Shown: positions 15,001 through 27,200, counted from the first letter of the whole stretch. The stretch: 62,533 bases of DNA, filler included, from Dicyema japonicum (GCA_011109175.1; 9 parts of 9 records of this genome joined end to end with filler, not necessarily neighbours in it), one strand, 5' to 3'. Translations and numbers: made by a program. The notes: generated by a model from the letters alone, not told the origin.

Positions 15001-15550
15001 TAGGTTTTTAGTTTAACGAACACATGCGGAATATCTTATTTCGAAATCGGTTTGTTTTAAATTTATAGAAACCAATAAAAATAAGAAATTTCTTATTTCG
15101 TTAAATCTCTCTCTATTCCGTGTTTCGGCACTTAGAAAATAAGAAAACTCTTTTTTATTAATTCGCTGTGTTTTCAGTTTAACGTAATTCATAAAATGAG
15201 AAATGTCTTATTTCGAGAATCGGGCTGTTTTAAATTTATAGAAACCAATAAAAATGAGAAATTTCTTATTTCGTTAATCACTGTGTTTTTAATTTATAGA
15301 AACCCGAAAAAAAGGAAACCTCTTATTCCGTGATGTATTTGTCTTTTCAGTTATTCCGAAGTCATAAATATATTTTAATCTCTATTTTATTAATTCGCTA
15401 TGTTTTCAGTTTAACGTAATTCAAAAAATGAGAAATGTCATATTTCGAGAATCGGTTTGTTTTAAATTTATAGAAACCCATAAAAATAAGAAATTTCTTA
15501 TTTCCTTAAATCTCTCTCTATTCCGTGTTTCGGCACTGAGAAAATAAGAA
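1..15550. repeat. AT-rich tandem satellite, ~58-59 bp monomers in higher-order repeats; runs off the window start and ends at a gap
   Basis: Monomers align on a (C/T)TTATT(T/C)CG-like core, e.g. AGAAACCAATAAAAATGAGAAATTTCTTATTTCGTTAATCGCTGTGTTTTTAATTTAT (58 nt). The anchor TTATTCCGTGATG recurs at about 88, 311, 897, 1359, 1942, 2511, 3076, 3536, 4108, 4572, 5155, 5616, 6195, with spacings of ~223, ~460 and ~565-586. Confidence 0.98.
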
Positions 15551-15650
15551 NNNNNNNNNNNNNNNNNNNNNNNNNNNNNNNNNNNNNNNNNNNNTTAATT
15601 AATTAANNNNNNNNNNNNNNNNNNNNNNNNNNNNNNNNNNNNNNNNNNNN
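15551..15650. other. Artificial scaffold linker (N44-TTAATTAATTAA-N44), stop codons in all six frames
   Basis: Identical 100-nt construct also at 18676-18775, 39111-39210, 45128-45227, 49949-50048, 53101-53200, 56640-56739 and 60954-61053. Sized N gaps at 23426-23984 and 28056-28687. Confidence 0.97.
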
Positions 15651-16158
15651 GTGGCTTTGAGTGAATTCATCTCACAAACGAGACTTTCTACTCGCTGAGT
15701 CAGTTGCTGATTTGAAGAAGTCGCCTGGTCGAGCTGGTCTCTGAGAAGGCTGTTGACTTGTTTGAGCTCAGAATTTCTGATAAATTAGGTTCCTTTAATA
15801 CCGCCCACTCTCCTCTTCCAACTGAAAAAGCAGTGTCTCTGAATTTTGCTTAAAGGTCCCTGATCTCTCTGGGACTTCGACCTGAAGTGGGGATATAATT
15901 AAACCTTCTGTCGCCTCTGTGAGTCCTGGATGGACATAACCTTGGTTTCTAACTCATTCGATCGGTCCTTGTATTGGATAACCTTAGGATAAGGTCAGTC
16001 CTCACCTTTTCTTGAAGTCGTTTGACCAGTTTTGCCTGTCGTTGTTGGGATTGCTGGTACATTTCCAGTTTTTTCCTGTAATTTGACTGTTCCATGTCTA
16101 GTCGGTCTTTTAGTTCGCAGTTCTGCTGGAATATTTCACGCGTTCGTGAACTGTCCAT
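15651..16158 (-). CDS. CROCC: Rootletin (ciliary rootlet coiled-coil protein), 5' part, truncated by gap
   Basis: Exons 16158-16006, 15982-15905, 15881-15802, 15776-15651; GT-AG introns of 23, 23 and 25 nt. The spliced protein ...EQSNYRKKLEMYQQSQQRQAKLVKRLQEK/VIQYKDRSNELE...QLEEESGRNSELKQVNSLLRDQLDQATSSNQQL matches the conserved rootletin N-terminal motif (YKRKLQAYQEGQQRQAQLVQRLQAK-LQYK...LEEEQQRSASLAQVNAMLREQLDQA), recalled from memory. Confidence 0.88.
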
Positions 16159-19100
16159 TTGTTATGAAACGTCGGAATGTGTTTTATTTTGTTACCATGA
16201 CCGTCGCCATGAAAACTGTACTGAAAATTTTCAAACCAGAATCAATAGTATTAAATTGACTTTGTGTTGTATTGATATTTATATCCGACACTTTCAGGTT
16301 AAATTCCATGACCTCAACTAATTTGTAGTCTCCCAGTTTTGTCCAAAGGTCCCTAACTTACTCTTGTCCTGGGCAAGGTACCATACATTCCCTACTGAAT
16401 TCGCTATAGATCAAAGTTCTCTTTGCCGAATGTGATTCTCTTTAATCATTTTATCAGTCTTCCACTTTTATATTTTGCTGGATTTTCTGGGAGATTCAAC
16501 AGCAATAATGTTTTTTCGATACAATCCAACGGGTGATTGCCACTTTCCTGGATAACCGTTCGGTCGCGGTCATTTAACCGCATGAAACAAAGATGTCGAA
16601 ACCTCGGCATTCCTTATGAAGGTTTGTTTAAACGTTAGCTCATAGCAGTCATGAGAACGGAATAGCCGTGTTTTAACCGCATGAAACAAAGATGTCGAAA
16701 CCTCGGCATTCCTTATGAAGGTTTGTTTAAACGTTAGCTCATAGCAGTCATGAGAACGGAATAGCCGTGTTTTCATATATTGGTTTAACCTCAAAAGGAC
16801 CATCATGTTAAGCTAATCATTATAAAAGTTCAAGAAATATCAGGTGTCCCCCTAAAACTCCGACAACTTCCTGCAGTCTCACCGTTTTTCTTTTAGGTGG
16901 ATGGTTGTAGTCAGTTGTAATATCTATTACCTTATCGTTAAACTTACCAAACTCTGACAACTTCCTACAGTCTCACCGTTTTTCTTTTAGGTGGATGGTT
17001 GTAGTCAGTTGTAATATCTATTACCTTATCGTTAAGCTTACCCTAAAATGCGCTTGTTAGGACTTTCTTAGATCGTTCAAATTTTAGCCTTAAATGAGGT
17101 ATTTTAGGAAAATAGATATTTTTTTATATTGAAAAAAATAAAAAATAAGAGTTGATAAACAAATGAACTGGGAGTCTTGACTTCATGGTATTCCACCTTT
17201 ATATTAAACGAGTCATCTTATACAATCAAATATCATAATTAATTAAACTTAGTTTGAGATTTTGAACAAATTTGTAGTACAAACCGCCATAATAATATTA
17301 ATTCGATATATGAACACACTCATACAATCGCTATTATTAGTCTCTTACATACTCATTGATTGTTAGTCAATGATATCAGAATCCTGGTCATCCATGGCTA
17401 TCAGCTGTCTTCAGCTTTTCAGGTCATTATTTGGTACAACTGGAAGAGTCAATTTTGGCCTTTCGAAAAACTGTTCTCTCGACACACATAATAGCCTTTC
17501 ATGACCTCACACAAATATAGATTATTGAATTAAAGAATTGATTTACATATTCTGTTCATGTCGAACTAGCATTGGTTGCCAAGTTACTGTGACCCCAAAC
17601 GATATAATTTATCTTAATAATTTGGTTTTTAATGTTAACTAATTGTGACCACAAAAATTGTAATTTACTAAAAATTTGACTTTGACTAATTAATTATTAA
17701 AATTAAAAATAAATTAAAAAATTAATAAATCTTAGATCTCAAGTTATGTGAGACCCTATCAGTTTCAGATGTCTATGGAGAATTTACTATATTTAGTCCA
17801 ATGCTTGAGAGAAGTCGGGTCACATAATCGCCATGTCTTTCCCTTAATATACTGGTAATTCAGTCTTTGGTAGATACGATGAAACAAAGTAAATTTATGG
17901 CTGAAATTTCAGTAAGGCAATTAAGGATTTACCAGGAAGTCACATTTTTAACATTAATGAGGGACCTGAGGATATAACCGACCTTAACGGTTTACCCTTC
18001 ATATTTACCAGTTTTCAGTGACTGTTAAAAGGGTTGAATTGCGGTAAATCCTTCACCTCACAGAAACATTTAAAAGCTAGCAAAAAAACTTTCATAAAAA
18101 TTCAGAATTTTAGAAAAAATCGGCTCTAGAATTTCGTTGGTTTTTTGGGACATTTAATGACTATTCCAGACGATTTGCCTATTTTATTCAAGAGTTGAAA
18201 TCCAAATTAACAAAAAACCGACTTCTAATTACTTTTCGTTGGTTTTTTGGGACATTTAATGACTATTCCAGACGATTTGCCTATTTTATTCAAGAGTTGA
18301 AATCCAAATTAACAAAATACCGACTTTTAATTACTTTGAGAATAACCCATTATTGTGGGATATTCTCAGATCATGTGGTTTCATGTGTTCTCAAGTCTTG
18401 TGGTTTTTTTTCCCTCATTCAAAATTAGCTAAGATTAAACAGTCAGCACTTAATGATTTTTGAATATACTGTAACATTATTAGCACATTCTAGAATTAAA
18501 ATTCAAATTATGGCTCCACCGTTCTTCTTTAAAACAGACATGTCCGAATACCTCCAAATTTGGAGGAAACAAGATTTAAACTATAAGCATTATGCGTCCG
18601 ACGTTTATTAGTTCAGAATACTCGCATATTTGATACCTCTCCACTCTATTATTTGTCCGTCCACCTAAAAGTTAANNNNNNNNNNNNNNNNNNNNNNNNN
18701 NNNNNNNNNNNNNNNNNNNTTAATTAATTAANNNNNNNNNNNNNNNNNNNNNNNNNNNNNNNNNNNNNNNNNNNNAAAATATAATTAATTTTAAAAATTA
18801 AAAAAACGATTTTTATTTTTGCTAACTCTAAATATTATTTTTGTTTGATCCTCAAGAGACTGTAATAAACATTGTCTTACAAAGGAAGATGGCGGAAGAG
18901 TGGGAACTGTCCCCTGTATTGAATCGGAACTTGAAAGGAAATTTAGAAATAATCTCATAGAATATTATTTGTCGATCACAAGAATTTCTCTCGCTTTTTC
19001 ATGTCAAGCGATGTGGTCCACAGCAGACGCCATATACTGTATTCTTCAATCCTTATAATGTAGACAAGACGATCAAATTTCTACGACCCAGCCGAGTATA

Positions 19101-19509
19101 TGACCCGACAAGGCATATTCTATCCACATCAAACTCATAGGACCTCAGGCAAATATCGTTTTATCGAGGGTATACAACAATTCTAGCAATTCCCATACAA
19201 TGCCGAATATATGGAAGAATTCATTGACGATACCAATCTCACGACTGGAATAATAAATAAACATTTAACCAGTTAATTTTGTCGACCAGATATTTGTTTC
19301 CGACTATCAGGTCCTTATCCTGGCAACAAGATGAAGTACAAGGATTTAATACTTCATTATGGGGATGTTGAAATTGAATCAATAAAAATAGCATGAGTCA
19401 TTTGGTTCACCAATTCGCCTGGAATCAGATATAATCATAAATTGTATCCAGAAAGAACAGTTAGTAAAAAACCATCCAGTGTCACATATGGATCTATTGA
19501 ACAAAATCA

Positions 19510-19660
19510 AGGACACAAATATTCTGAATGAGCCTAAATATTAATGGAGTAAAAGCTAAGGCAGCAGAGCTGAACTTGTTCTTGAGAGAAACAAAATCTA
19601 TATTAAAGAAACATGATATTGCATTACGACGAGAGTCCATAACAGGAATTATAACTCAAA
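19510..19660 (+). mobile_element. Fragment of a LINE APE endonuclease N-terminus
   Basis: SLNINGVKAKAAELNLFLRE...DIAL resembles the APE start motif (x-N-I-N-G...DI-L-QE); degenerate afterwards. Confidence 0.45.
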
Positions 19661-21289
19661 AAGTCCAGTTAAAGAAGAAGACGTTAAATTTCATAATTAT
19701 AAGCACAAATAAAAAATTTTGCAATTCAAAGACAAATCAAATAATGGAGAATAGTGCATATTTATGGATTACAAAAAAATTTATCAAACATTTTGATAAC
19801 CTTCTTAACATTATTTGATGAATCCATGGAATATATTTAATGTATGAATACAATAAAATAGTCAAAAAAAACCAACCACAACAACGTGGCAACGATACAC
19901 CAAAAACGTGCCAATGTCATAAATTGGTTAGCCGTATCGTAAAATAATTTTTAGAAATATATATTAAATTAATTAATAAAAAATATATATCTAATCAATT
20001 AATTGCCAGAAATTCAGCAGTTAAGGAATTTCTTAAAAAATTGTGCCCCGATTCGTAACACACGTGTTTGATGCTCGAGACTTTAAACATTGAGATGGTT
20101 TGTTAGTAGATCATTAAGATGCTGCTAATGTCCCTAAATTCATGATACAAGAAGGTCCTTACGACCTCCTGGTGCACTTGGTCTTGACGACGCACTCGGT
20201 TTATGTAAAGCTGTAGATTAAGTCCCAGAGGGAAAGACGACGATGAAACTTGGAGACTTCTCTGTGGTGAGGGAAGGTTGGGACGAAAAGTCCGGGAAGC
20301 AGAAGGCGATTGAGGAGATATTTTACAAGATATTCCCCGACTGAGGACTGGGATCAGTTGTTTACAGGCTCTATCAGGAAATCTCTCCAATGGGCAAAAG
20401 GAGGGAAATAAATACTCATACTTCTACCAATATTCGTTTCTAGACAAGAATCCAGTGATTGATCTTTTTATGTTAACTTGCTGCACCTCGTGATTGCGAG
20501 TCTTAGAAAAGGCGGTAAAATTTGACGATTTCCTTTGTTAAAACCCTTCCGCCTAATAATGAAGTGATGTTGTGACTGTAAGAAGTGTGATGAAAATGGA
20601 AAAGGGCGGACATACTTCTCCAAGCCTGTAATGGACTATTGAGGATGGATGTGGTCGGTCCACTCAGACGTTCTCCCTTGGGTTCCTTGGATTAATTGGT
20701 TGTGACTGTTTGTGTTGGGTTTACCAAATATTGCGTGCTTTTGGTTGAATAAATAAAATTCAATTCTTCCGTCTATTCCTCAACCATTCTGTCAGTCAAG
20801 TTTCTCATCTCTGCCACGTTGAAATACCTTGAATACCTCAAACGAGTTTTGTAAACTTTAATGTTCGATTTATGCAGATGGAAAGAGAAAATCAGATATT
20901 TTTAAAGTAGCTCCTGTGAAACAGTAATAAAAATGATAGACCTGCTAGTTTGAAATGTTTATTAGACAAAAAAATCAATGAAAAGCATTGTTAGAAGTGA
21001 GTTGATAAAAAATTCAACAGGATGTTTTCTAATAACAGTCTTAACCTTTTCAATGAATTTCATGAGTTGATGGCACGTTAGTATTTTATACAAAAACTCT
21101 AAAAATTAATAAATAAAAAAATAAAAATCAATAAAAATTTTGACTTTATCAACCTAAAAAAATTAAATTTTGACCTTTTTTGACATTTCCCAAAATTTTG
21201 ACTTTTTTTGTCCTTATAACTTTGATCTATATAATATTTTTGATTAAAAATTAAAGAAGCCTCGAAGATACGAAGGTCGGGACAAACCA

Positions 21290-21800
21290 TGTGCAACAAG
21301 GAAAATCAAATCATAAGTCATCCTCTTCCATTTTGGTAGCTCTTTGCCATTTTACGTCGCGTGCCATGGTTTTCCCAGTTCCTGAGATGTTATTTAAGGT
21401 CTTGCAACAAGGAAAATCAAATCATAAGTCATCCTCTTCCATTTTGGTAGCTCTTTGCCATTTTACGTCGCGTGCCATGGTTTTCCCAGTTCCTGAGATG
21501 TTATTTAAGGTCTTCGTCAAAGACAGCCGGTAGGGTTGGTCGGTCACTAAAATAACAAATCTAGAACAAAATAGTTCACTACGGACACGTTCGTGCAGAT
21601 CCCCAAATCCAGACGAAATATTTTTCCAAACACTCTCCATCTTGCCTCCACAACCATGTACGAAATCACTGTTCTTCTTTTCCTCATAAACAATATTGGA
21701 CGGTAATCTTGATTGATCCTCACAAAGTTTTCTTTTCCAGCTACTAGAGAGCCCCTGACAATGAACGTCAAGAGGGTCAAGTCTAGTCCTTGGATTACGT
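21290..21800 (-). mobile_element. RTE-like LINE ORF2 C-terminal fragment (partly duplicated by assembly)
   Basis: VVEARWRVFGKIFRLDLGICTNVSVVNYF ... ARDVKWQ resembles the RTE C-terminal RWRLFGHILR...AQDRxxW segment. Confidence 0.5.
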
Positions 21801-22599
21801 GTTTCCCGGACCTATTGTTCAAAAGTCACGTCACCAGCTCAGCCAATATTTTATATTAGTTCACTACAAACATGAGGTTTGTGTTCAGATACCAAGAACA
21901 CCATCTGTTTATGTCTCAATTTGATCGGATGACAGAGTAATTCTTGTTTTATTAAAAACCTNTTTCCCTCATAAACAATATTGGACGGTAATCTTGATTG
22001 ATCCTCACAAAGTTCTCTTTTCCAGCTACTTGAGAGCCCCCTGACAATAAACGTCAAGAGGGTCAAGTCTAGTCCTTGGATTACGTGTTTCCCGGACCTA
22101 TTGTTCAAAAGCCACGTCACCAGCTCAGCCAATATTTTATATTAGATCACTACAAACATGAGGTTTATGTTCAGATACCAAGAACACCATCTGTTTATGT
22201 CTCATTTTGATCGGATGACAGAGTAATTCTTGTTTTATTAAAAACCTTCATTTACTTTTTTTCAGGAAACAAAGCCGTCTATAAATGATGATAAGTAATC
22301 GAGAAATTTTATGAGGAACTGAGGAATGTTTCCTCATCTCACAGTAGTAACGCTTGCCAAAGCAATAAAGGACAATGTGTCAGTTGGTTCAGTCCTTAAT
22401 GATGAGGACATTGGACAGTTTTCAAGATATGGGTTTCTTACATATGTCGGTTAATCAAAATTATAATTTGATTGACTCGAGTTCTAGTGTCTATATACAG
22501 CGCAGAAAAAATTTAGGAAATTTGTTAGTTTATAATAGATTCTTGACTAAAAACAAAATAAATTGATTTTACTGCTTGGAAAGCGACTATCCCGTCTAA

Positions 22600-22700
22600 A
22601 GAAGTACCTTTTTTCCTATTTTGTTGCTTGTGAATCGTTGTAGACAACCCTGGTGCAGTGAGGCATCACTGATGACGTCATCACAAACTGCTTCTAGAAA
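22600..22700 (-). mobile_element. Degenerate copy of the tRNA-headed SINE core
   Basis: Minus strand reads CGTCATCAGTGATGCCTCACTGC...TTGTCTACAACGATTCAC, aligning with the copies at 31.7, 41.5 and 58.0 kb. Confidence 0.5.
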
Positions 22701-22769
22701 ATCGAATTGTTTTAGAGTTCAAAGAAATCAGCTCTGTTACATCTGATGCTTGAAAATCAAATGTCTTCT

Positions 22770-24630
22770 ACTCACTCCGATGTAGTGTCTTCATTATAAT
22801 AACATGTCTGTTCCACGAATATGTTGGATGTAAATTTATCCTCCGGGACTTTAATCCCATGACTTTGTTAGATAATAATATTTTCAATAATCAATCACTT
22901 TCTCCATAATTCTTGAGACACATTAAGACAATTCCTTTCCACGACAAAATCACTGGGTTAATTTTTACTTGAGCGTTAAATAGGATCGAGAGTTCTCACG
23001 TAAGGATGTCATATTTTTGAAATTTTTCCAGCTCCACTTTTTTTTCCGAATCAACACATTTCGTGAATAGAAGTACGTAGTCACCCTGACTTCAGACCAA
23101 TTAACCACATGGCTAACATGACTTGATACTCAATTAGTGATGTAAAATAGAATTATTCTATCTTGGCACACTGATCCACAGAATATTGTCTGGAAAGTTT
23201 AAGAGCTCGTCCTCAGAGATAAAAATGATCTCCCTTTGAAAGAATTGATGCATTCTTTTAAATGCTAGCCAGAAATTGGGCATCACCTGAGTTAAACGTA
23301 TACAATGACGACACTAGAATGAAGTAAGAATGGTATTCAAACAATTAGCAGCATGGGGTCACAGGCCAATTACGGTTCTTTTTCAATACATGCTTCACGA
23401 AATCTAAAACTTAATTATTATTATTNNNNNNNNNNNNNNNNNNNNNNNNNNNNNNNNNNNNNNNNNNNNNNNNNNNNNNNNNNNNNNNNNNNNNNNNNNN
23501 NNNNNNNNNNNNNNNNNNNNNNNNNNNNNNNNNNNNNNNNNNNNNNNNNNNNNNNNNNNNNNNNNNNNNNNNNNNNNNNNNNNNNNNNNNNNNNNNNNNN
23601 NNNNNNNNNNNNNNNNNNNNNNNNNNNNNNNNNNNNNNNNNNNNNNNNNNNNNNNNNNNNNNNNNNNNNNNNNNNNNNNNNNNNNNNNNNNNNNNNNNNN
23701 NNNNNNNNNNNNNNNNNNNNNNNNNNNNNNNNNNNNNNNNNNNNNNNNNNNNNNNNNNNNNNNNNNNNNNNNNNNNNNNNNNNNNNNNNNNNNNNNNNNN
23801 NNNNNNNNNNNNNNNNNNNNNNNNNNNNNNNNNNNNNNNNNNNNNNNNNNNNNNNNNNNNNNNNNNNNNNNNNNNNNNNNNNNNNNNNNNNNNNNNNNNN
23901 NNNNNNNNNNNNNNNNNNNNNNNNNNNNNNNNNNNNNNNNNNNNNNNNNNNNNNNNNNNNNNNNNNNNNNNNNNNNNNNNNNNNATGTAGTGTCCTCATT
24001 ATAATAACATGTCTGTTCCACAAATATGTTGGATGTAAATTTATCCTCCGGGACTTTAATTCCATGACTTTGTTAGATGATCATATTTTCAATAGTCAAT
24101 CACTTTCTCCATAATTCTTGAGACACATTGAGACAATTCCTTTCCACGACATAATCACCGGGTTAATTTTTACTTGAGCGTTATATAGGATCGAGAGTTC
24201 TCACGTAAGGATGTCATATTTGTGAAATTTTTCCAGCTCCACTTTTTTGAGACGATCCTGGTGGTATTCCAAATCAACACATTTCGTGAATAGAAGTACG
24301 TAGTCACCCTGACTTCAGACCAATTAACCACATGGCTAACATGACTTGATACTCAATTAGTGGTGTGAAATAAAATTATTCTATCTAGGCACACTGATCT
24401 ACAGGATATTGTCTGGAAAGTTTGGGTCAAAGCCAGAACTCGTCCTCAGAGATATAATTAATCTCCCGTTGAAAGAATTGATGCATTCTTTTAAATGCTA
24501 GCCAGAAATTGGGCATTACCTGAGTTAGAAGTATACAATGACGGCACTAGAATGAAGTAAGAAAGGTCTTCAAACAATTAGCCGCATGGGATCATATGCC
24601 AATTACGGTTCTTTTTCAATACATGATTCA
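22770..24630 (-). mobile_element. Two diverged copies (either side of an N gap) of the C-terminus of an RLE-type (R4/NeSL-like) non-LTR retrotransposon, pseudogenised
   Basis: VDLEYHQDRLKKVELEKFxKYDILT*ELSILFNAQVKINPVIxSWKGIV fits the restriction-like endonuclease end motif (EKxxKYDxLxxEL...IIPxVxxWxG). 22790-23400 and 23985-24630 are homologous. Confidence 0.62.
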
Positions 24631-24819
24631 CGAAATAAGGCTCTAAAAATTAATTAAATTTTTTTTGAATATTAGATCTAAAAATAAAAAAATGAACAAT
24701 GCCGAATTTGTAAATATTATTATAAATTTTTTAAAATAAAATTTTGAATTTTCTACCGGCTTGTGAGGAAGACTGATATAGTTGTTATGCGAAAGTGTTC
24801 AAAACTGAAGGACTACGAA

Positions 24820-25350
24820 CTACCACATTCTGAAATGGAGTCAGTTGTCTTCCTTCAGGAGGTTGGAATTTTTCCGAAAGAAAAGAAATGCCTTAAAAGA
24901 CATTTTATGACCCTTCTCCATTAGCGAGAGAATACAACATGGGTTTGCGATAAATGCAGGTATCGAACTTATAGTTCTGTCAGAAATATAATAAGAGAGT
25001 ACTTTATTTTTAGGTACGTGGTTTGAAGGTACGACAGTTTCGTTCGACAGACAAACAATTTCATGGTGCCGGCGTCAACTGGAATGGAGCAACCGCACGA
25101 TTTGTAATTGGTCTCACTGCCTGCGAGAGGTTTGTGCTGATTATTTAGCTAATCGTCCGAACACACTGATCGGTATTAGTGTATTATTAGATTGTTTAGG
25201 TGGAATTGGAAAAGTTGATGAGAGCATGCTCTCTAACGAAAAAACAATGAAGGAAGGATTCTCCTTCAACAATGGGTGTTTGGGGGAATCTGTCGGGGAT
25301 GTAAAGACTGTTTCCTAGAGATGGTTCCTGATCGGTCGAAAAGAACTCTA
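24820..25350 (+). mobile_element. Merlin (ISXO2/IS1595-like) transposase fragment containing a micro-intron
   Basis: GTWFEG; PNTLIG/GIGKVDESML; QWVFGGICRGCKDCFLEMVPDRSKRTL. A 27-nt GT-AG intron at 25173-25199 restores the IGG..DES motif. Confidence 0.8.
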
Positions 25351-25354
25351 ACAG

Positions 25355-25660
25355 CGGCGATACAGCGAAATCAGGCGCGACACCCCAGGTGGGCGTGATG
25401 GTGGACTGCTTGCACTTATCAAAAGAGAAATTCCGTACGCAAACGAAACTTTTGTCAACCTCAAGTCTCCCGTTAAATATATTGGTGTTTCAGTCAAAAC
25501 ATGCATCGGAAACATAAACATATTGAATGTGTATTTTCCACCACCCAACTAATGCCCAAGGAATTCAGGTTGTCTCTGTCAGACATCGACAAATCAAAAA
25601 ATATGTTACTTTGTGAAGACCTAAACGCAAAGCATCCGAAAATACGGTCACTCCAAAAGG
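25355..25660 (+). mobile_element. LINE APE endonuclease fragment abutting the Merlin element
   Basis: RRDTPGGRDGGLLALIKREIP...NILNVYFPP...LLCEDLNAKHP carries the APE motifs RRD...GG.L...K, NVYxPP and GDxNAKH. Confidence 0.72.
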
Positions 25661-26669
25661 AGACTCCCTTTCTCCCCTACTATTCACAATTTATTTGGAA
25701 GCCGCTATGAACTTGATAGTGAGAAAATCATCTAGGAAACAAAAATGTTATTATTCATGAAAAAAACCTGCATGCGCTTCATGAAATTTAAGTTTTCATG
25801 TATCCCATAATTTAGTTATGTCTTCCACAGGACAAGGTCTGACAAACGGGAGTAGCGATTTCTAGAGCGTAGATAATCGATGCATCTCCCCCAATCGTTC
25901 CATCGTATAAGAACCATACATTTAGCGGTCAACAATAAGGTTAAGAGGTCCAAGGGCGTCACCTTGCTGCACACCAGTCACAATGTGATCTCCTAGATAA
26001 CCGAACTCTTCATTCTCATTTTAGTAACTTCAGGCGCTAGTTTGCGCTCTTTAAAAAATATCTGGAGGTAGTAAACAAGCATGCTGAAATCATGTGGGCC
26101 TTACTGCAGTGAGTGACATTAACGCCCAGCTGGATTCAGACATAAATATTACTTGGGAGATATTGCAATCGACGCACTAACTATTCAATTCCTTGTCCTC
26201 AAAAGTTGGAGAGCATGTTGTTGGAAATAGATACAGAGTATGCACTAGGAGTTCGTTGGTTACAAAACCAATCACCTGGTAGAATTACCAACTCAGTTCG
26301 ATGACGTGCCAGGCGATCCTGTTTAGGAGAAAACAAAAGGGTTTCAGGTCAACGACTCCTCTTCTAAAGAAGCGAGGTCTCTAAGTGAGCACTAATATTC
26401 GCTTAATTTGATTTTCCCTAAAAAAATAAAAGTCTAGTCGTTGCTGAAATATCAAGGTCTTTTACATACTTTATCGAAAAGTTAATATTGACAAAAAGGA
26501 TTTTTATGGCTTAAATTTATGTTGTCCGCATGAGAGTAGTTCTTACAGAAATTGAATGTTAAATGAAGAGAACGGGGTTCCAGAAAAGTAGACAAAGAAG
26601 ACATGTCATTAAATCGATTTATTATGCGTAATTTTAAGTAAAGTTGTCTATTATGGCCTGAAGGCATTC

Positions 26670-26960
26670 ATCAAGCAATGGGAGTTACCTCTCATAATCG
26701 CGATCCCATTGTGTTGGAAAAGCTGAAGCGTCATTCACCCTACATCGCATGCCGTCTGATTAAACTGATAATCTAACAGACGCGCTCTGGCCAATAATGC
26801 CAGACGTCTCAACCAAGATCGGCTGGAAAACGAACCGGCCCACGATGAAATGTTCCTTCTTCCAATTCAATTTTGCAGCGGAACCCACGCTCACCGGTGA
26901 CTTGAACAATTTCCTATTAGAAAGAAAGTGTCCGTGTATGTTGAATCCCAAGCAAGACAT
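26670..26960 (-). mobile_element. CRE-like RLE-type retrotransposon C-terminal fragment
   Basis: SAAKLNWKK...RFVFQPILVETSGIIGQSA followed by LFQHNGIAIMRGNSHC matches the F.P.AVET.G..G...QR.S.AI.RGN pattern. Confidence 0.55.
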
Positions 26961-26989
26961 TAAATAGGGATATGGAAAGGAAAGTCCAA

Positions 26990-27200
26990 AATACCATTAC
27001 ATTAAATTTATTAAATCAGAAAAGACCGTCATTACCAGAATGAAAAAATTCAGGTGATTTCACCCTCCCTCAGTGGTTTTTGCATGCTCGGACTTGAAGG
27101 AAGTGCCGTCCCCAAGAAGATACATGTCTTTGTTGTAAGAAAAACCTTTTTAGCTAAAGTTCTGTCTAACCTTTCCTGGCCGATCTCTCGACTCTGGAAT
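26990..27200 (-). mobile_element. 3' end of a LINE family (shared 3' segment)
   Basis: Shares GCATGCTCGGA(C/G)TTGAAGGAAGTGC(C/T)GTCC and the following A-rich end with 39975-40200; related segments at 32490-32590 and 35550-35630. Confidence 0.55.

Noticed and set aside
1-15550. CRISPR array
   Set aside because: No unique spacers; continuous tandem divergent monomers in a eukaryotic context, and no cas genes.
15595-15606. TTAATTAATTAA as a biological palindrome or recombination site
   Set aside because: Always centred in exactly 44+44 N; an artificial six-frame stop linker.
16400-16810. Chromovirus-like integrase or chromodomain end (GPFEV, IKWK)
   Set aside because: Only scattered short motifs in different frames; not supportable.
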